Positions 61,800 through 64,000 of a stretch of DNA of 64,000 nt are shown here, one piece after another; position 1 is the stretch's first letter; each line of letters opens with the position of its first letter. Source of the stretch: Magallana gigas (Eukaryota); the NCBI RefSeq assembly GCF_963853765.1, contig NC_088859.1:35774001-35838000 (forward strand), in the 5' to 3' direction. The position numbers and the translations under genes are program-made. The notes under the pieces were generated by a model that saw nothing but the letters and a program-made list of their open reading frames with translations, had not been told where the DNA came from and did not search any database.

Positions 61800-64000
61800 A
61801 TGATGTCTGATAATGAAGAGGGCATACAGGAATTTCAACCTGTCAGTGGGATGGTACAATCCCAGGACATCCATCCTGATCCCAGCATTCCATTTCCTGA
61901 ATCTCAGGTAGTTAAAGAAGGTATAAGTGACATCCCTATGGACACACCTAAACCAGGATCAGAGGACACAGACTTTGTCCTATCAAAGAGCGATGATGGT
62001 GGCCGTACGTCTGAATCTGATTCCATTGTTATAAGTGAGATCCCTACGGACACTCCTAAGCCAGGGTCGGATGACACAGACTTAGTTCTATCAGAGAGTG
62101 ATGGTGGCAGTAAGTCTGAGTCTGATCCCATTGCTAGCATTAATGGCCCTTACACTGAAAATGAAGATGACTGGCAGACTCCACACAACCTTGATCTGGA
62201 TCAAAATGAAAATCCTCCTAAAATGGAGTTAAGAGATGGTTTTGAAGATAAGAAATCTGAAGAAGCCACCTCTGGAGATCTTCTAAAAGGCCAGCAGGTT
62301 ATTGTGGAGACTGTTAAAGAAAATGGGAAGCCTGAACTAAATCAAGAATCATCCAGAGCCAAAAAAGCCAGGAAGTTAGAGGCTTATGGTGATAGGTTGA
62401 AGCAAATGAAGGGAAGCACAATGTACACAGACTTTAAATGTGCAGTGTGTGAGAAATCTCTCTCTGATCCATGCTATCTGGATTGTTTACATGCCTTTTG
62501 TGCTGGCTGCTTAACTGTGGAGGAGGAACAGAAAATAAAATGTCCCACATGTCTCACTGAGACAGGGCTTCCTGAAGGTGGACTTGATGCTCTTCCAAGA
62601 ATTAGAATCCTAGAAGACCTTGCTGAAAAGAATTCTGAAACCAAACATTGTGAGGTTTGTAAGCTGATGAAGAAGGTTAATGATGCAACTGGTTTCTGTG
62701 TTGAATGCAAGGACTACCTTTGCCAAAATTGCTGGGATGTGCATAAGTTCACTAAGTTTACTCTCAACCATGAGGTGATTTCTTTAGAGGGAACATCCAT
62801 TGAAGAGTTAGAGAAACAGAGTAAAGGGCAGGAGGAACATTCCAAATGTAGCAAGCATTCCAGTGAAGACCTCAGGTATTTCTGTAAGGGTTGTGAAGAA
62901 TATGTCTGCACTGATTGCATTCTGCTGGATCATCAAACTCATCCATGTATTTCAATCCAAGAAGCTTTTGAAAAGCAGATGGTAACATTTGATATGCTAC
63001 TGAAAGGGGTTGATGAAAAAATTCAAAGAATAGAAATGGAAGAATTTGAACCTGAAAGAAATGTTGTAGAACTTGCTGAAGAAGTTCAAGTTGAAAAAAT
63101 CAAATCAACCATTGAAATGGTTATCCAGGGCTTACGGCAGCAGGAAGCAGAGGCAATTGCCTCAGTGCATCAGAAATTCCAGAACTTGAAACAGCATAGT
63201 CAAAAAAGACAATATTCAGCCCAAGAGATTCTATTCCATTTGAAAGAGGTTAAGACCATTTGTGTTCGCCTCTCTGCACTTAGTAATAACGAAGAATTCT
63301 TGGCTCTTGAGAAAAAGTTTTCGAAAAGACTTTTGAGAGTTCTTAATATGACTGTTATGCCAGAACCACTCTCTTGGTTTTCAACTCCAGAAGCTGAAGT
63401 TGAATCTTGGCTGATTGATGATAAGAAATTGAAGTCTCTCTTCAAAATTACTAACCATAGCAAATGTCATGATTGGGTTGAAGATATGCCATGCATTGGT
63501 TCATTGAAGGAATTCTATCAGGACAGAGAAGCCAGCAAGAAGGCGGGCCATCCAGAATGGTACAAAGGCAATGTTCAGAAATCCATGGAATATAACCATA
63601 AAGTGGACGAGGATCAGCACTTCTTTAACAGAAATGCTGACTTGGATCCAGTGAGGTCTATATCCACACAGAGTGAGAGTGGAAGCACTGCTAATTCTGA
63701 GAACTATGAAGATGCAGGAGCTAGGCCAAAGATAATTAGCCCCAAAAAGAGGCGTGGTCGAAAAAAGAAAAATGCTGCTATCTCTATGGAGAACATTACC
63801 CAATATCATCCGATGGCTGATGAAGGGTCATGTGAAGTGCAGGAATCTAATTTCTATGATTCATCTTTGTATGGGCAAGTTCCAGGATATGTGGGAATGT
63901 CAGAGTATTTGAATCATTCCTTATATACCGGTAGGCCACTGCAGTTTCCTGGGGAGGGTTTCTATCCTGGGGCACACTACATGATGAATTCTGTGAGTCT
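61800..64000 (+). CDS. TRIM/RBCC-type protein (acidic N-terminal extension, C3HC4 RING, B-box1, B-box2, coiled coil); 3' incomplete
   Basis: Stop-free frame from ATG 61800 to the window end (absent from the ORF track because it is unterminated). RING CAVCEKSLSDPCYLDCLHAFCAGC..CPTC; B-box1 CEVC..FCVECKDYLCQNCWDVH; B-box2 CSKH..YFCKGCEEYVCTDCILLDHQTH. Acceptor at 61792; probable non-coding exon with donor at 60825. Confidence 0.9.
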   Translation, partial: MMSDNEEGIQEFQPVSGMVQSQDIHPDPSIPFPESQVVKEGISDIPMDTPKPGSEDTDFVLSKSDDGGRTSESDSIVISEIPTDTPKPGSDDTDLVLSESDGGSKSESDPIASINGPYTENEDDWQTPHNLDLDQNENPPKMELRDGFEDKKSEEATSGDLLKGQQVIVETVKENGKPELNQESSRAKKARKLEAYGDRLKQMKGSTMYTDFKCAVCEKSLSDPCYLDCLHAFCAGCLTVEEEQKIKCPTCLTETGLPEGGLDALPRIRILEDLAEKNSETKHCEVCKLMKKVNDATGFCVECKDYLCQNCWDVHKFTKFTLNHEVISLEGTSIEELEKQSKGQEEHSKCSKHSSEDLRYFCKGCEEYVCTDCILLDHQTHPCISIQEAFEKQMVTFDMLLKGVDEKIQRIEMEEFEPERNVVELAEEVQVEKIKSTIEMVIQGLRQQEAEAIASVHQKFQNLKQHSQKRQYSAQEILFHLKEVKTICVRLSALSNNEEFLALEKKFSKRLLRVLNMTVMPEPLSWFSTPEAEVESWLIDDKKLKSLFKITNHSKCHDWVEDMPCIGSLKEFYQDREASKKAGHPEWYKGNVQKSMEYNHKVDEDQHFFNRNADLDPVRSISTQSESGSTANSENYEDAGARPKIISPKKRRGRKKKNAAISMENITQYHPMADEGSCEVQESNFYDSSLYGQVPGYVGMSEYLNHSLYTGRPLQFPGEGFYPGAHYMMNSVS

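Noticed and set aside
61904-63809. Minus-strand ORFs at the right end
   Set aside because: Antisense to the continuous TRIM reading frame on the plus strand.

Overview
Eukaryotic, AT-rich, intron-dense animal DNA. The repeat types and gene structures suggest a bivalve mollusc, probably an oyster (inference). Reading splice sites by hand gives eight protein-coding genes. (1) An MDC1-like DNA-damage mediator on the minus strand (FHA domain, many TQxF motifs, 46-aa repeats, tandem BRCT); its last exon was not found in the window. (2-5) A tandem plus-strand array of four FKBP12-type prolyl isomerase genes at 20.4-41.4 kb. (6) UBE3C (minus), head-to-head with (7) DPH5 (plus). (8) A RING-B-box-B-box-coiled-coil (TRIM) gene running off the right edge. 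The FKBP array is the most notable feature. Two paralogs are ordinary 108-aa cytosolic FKBP12s and two carry signal peptides: one has a remodelled active site, the other a ~215-aa Gln/Gly/Ala-rich tail resembling shell-matrix low-complexity domains. All four keep a minor-spliceosome (U12, AT-AC type) intron at the same position. In the Gln-tail paralog that intron cannot end at an AC in frame, which implies an AT-AA intron, a frame switch or an assembly error. MDC1 also ends at a U12-type donor. Introns and intergenic DNA contain Helentron-like non-autonomous elements carrying satellite arrays, MITEs, a 750-bp foldback element and one 146-nt N gap.
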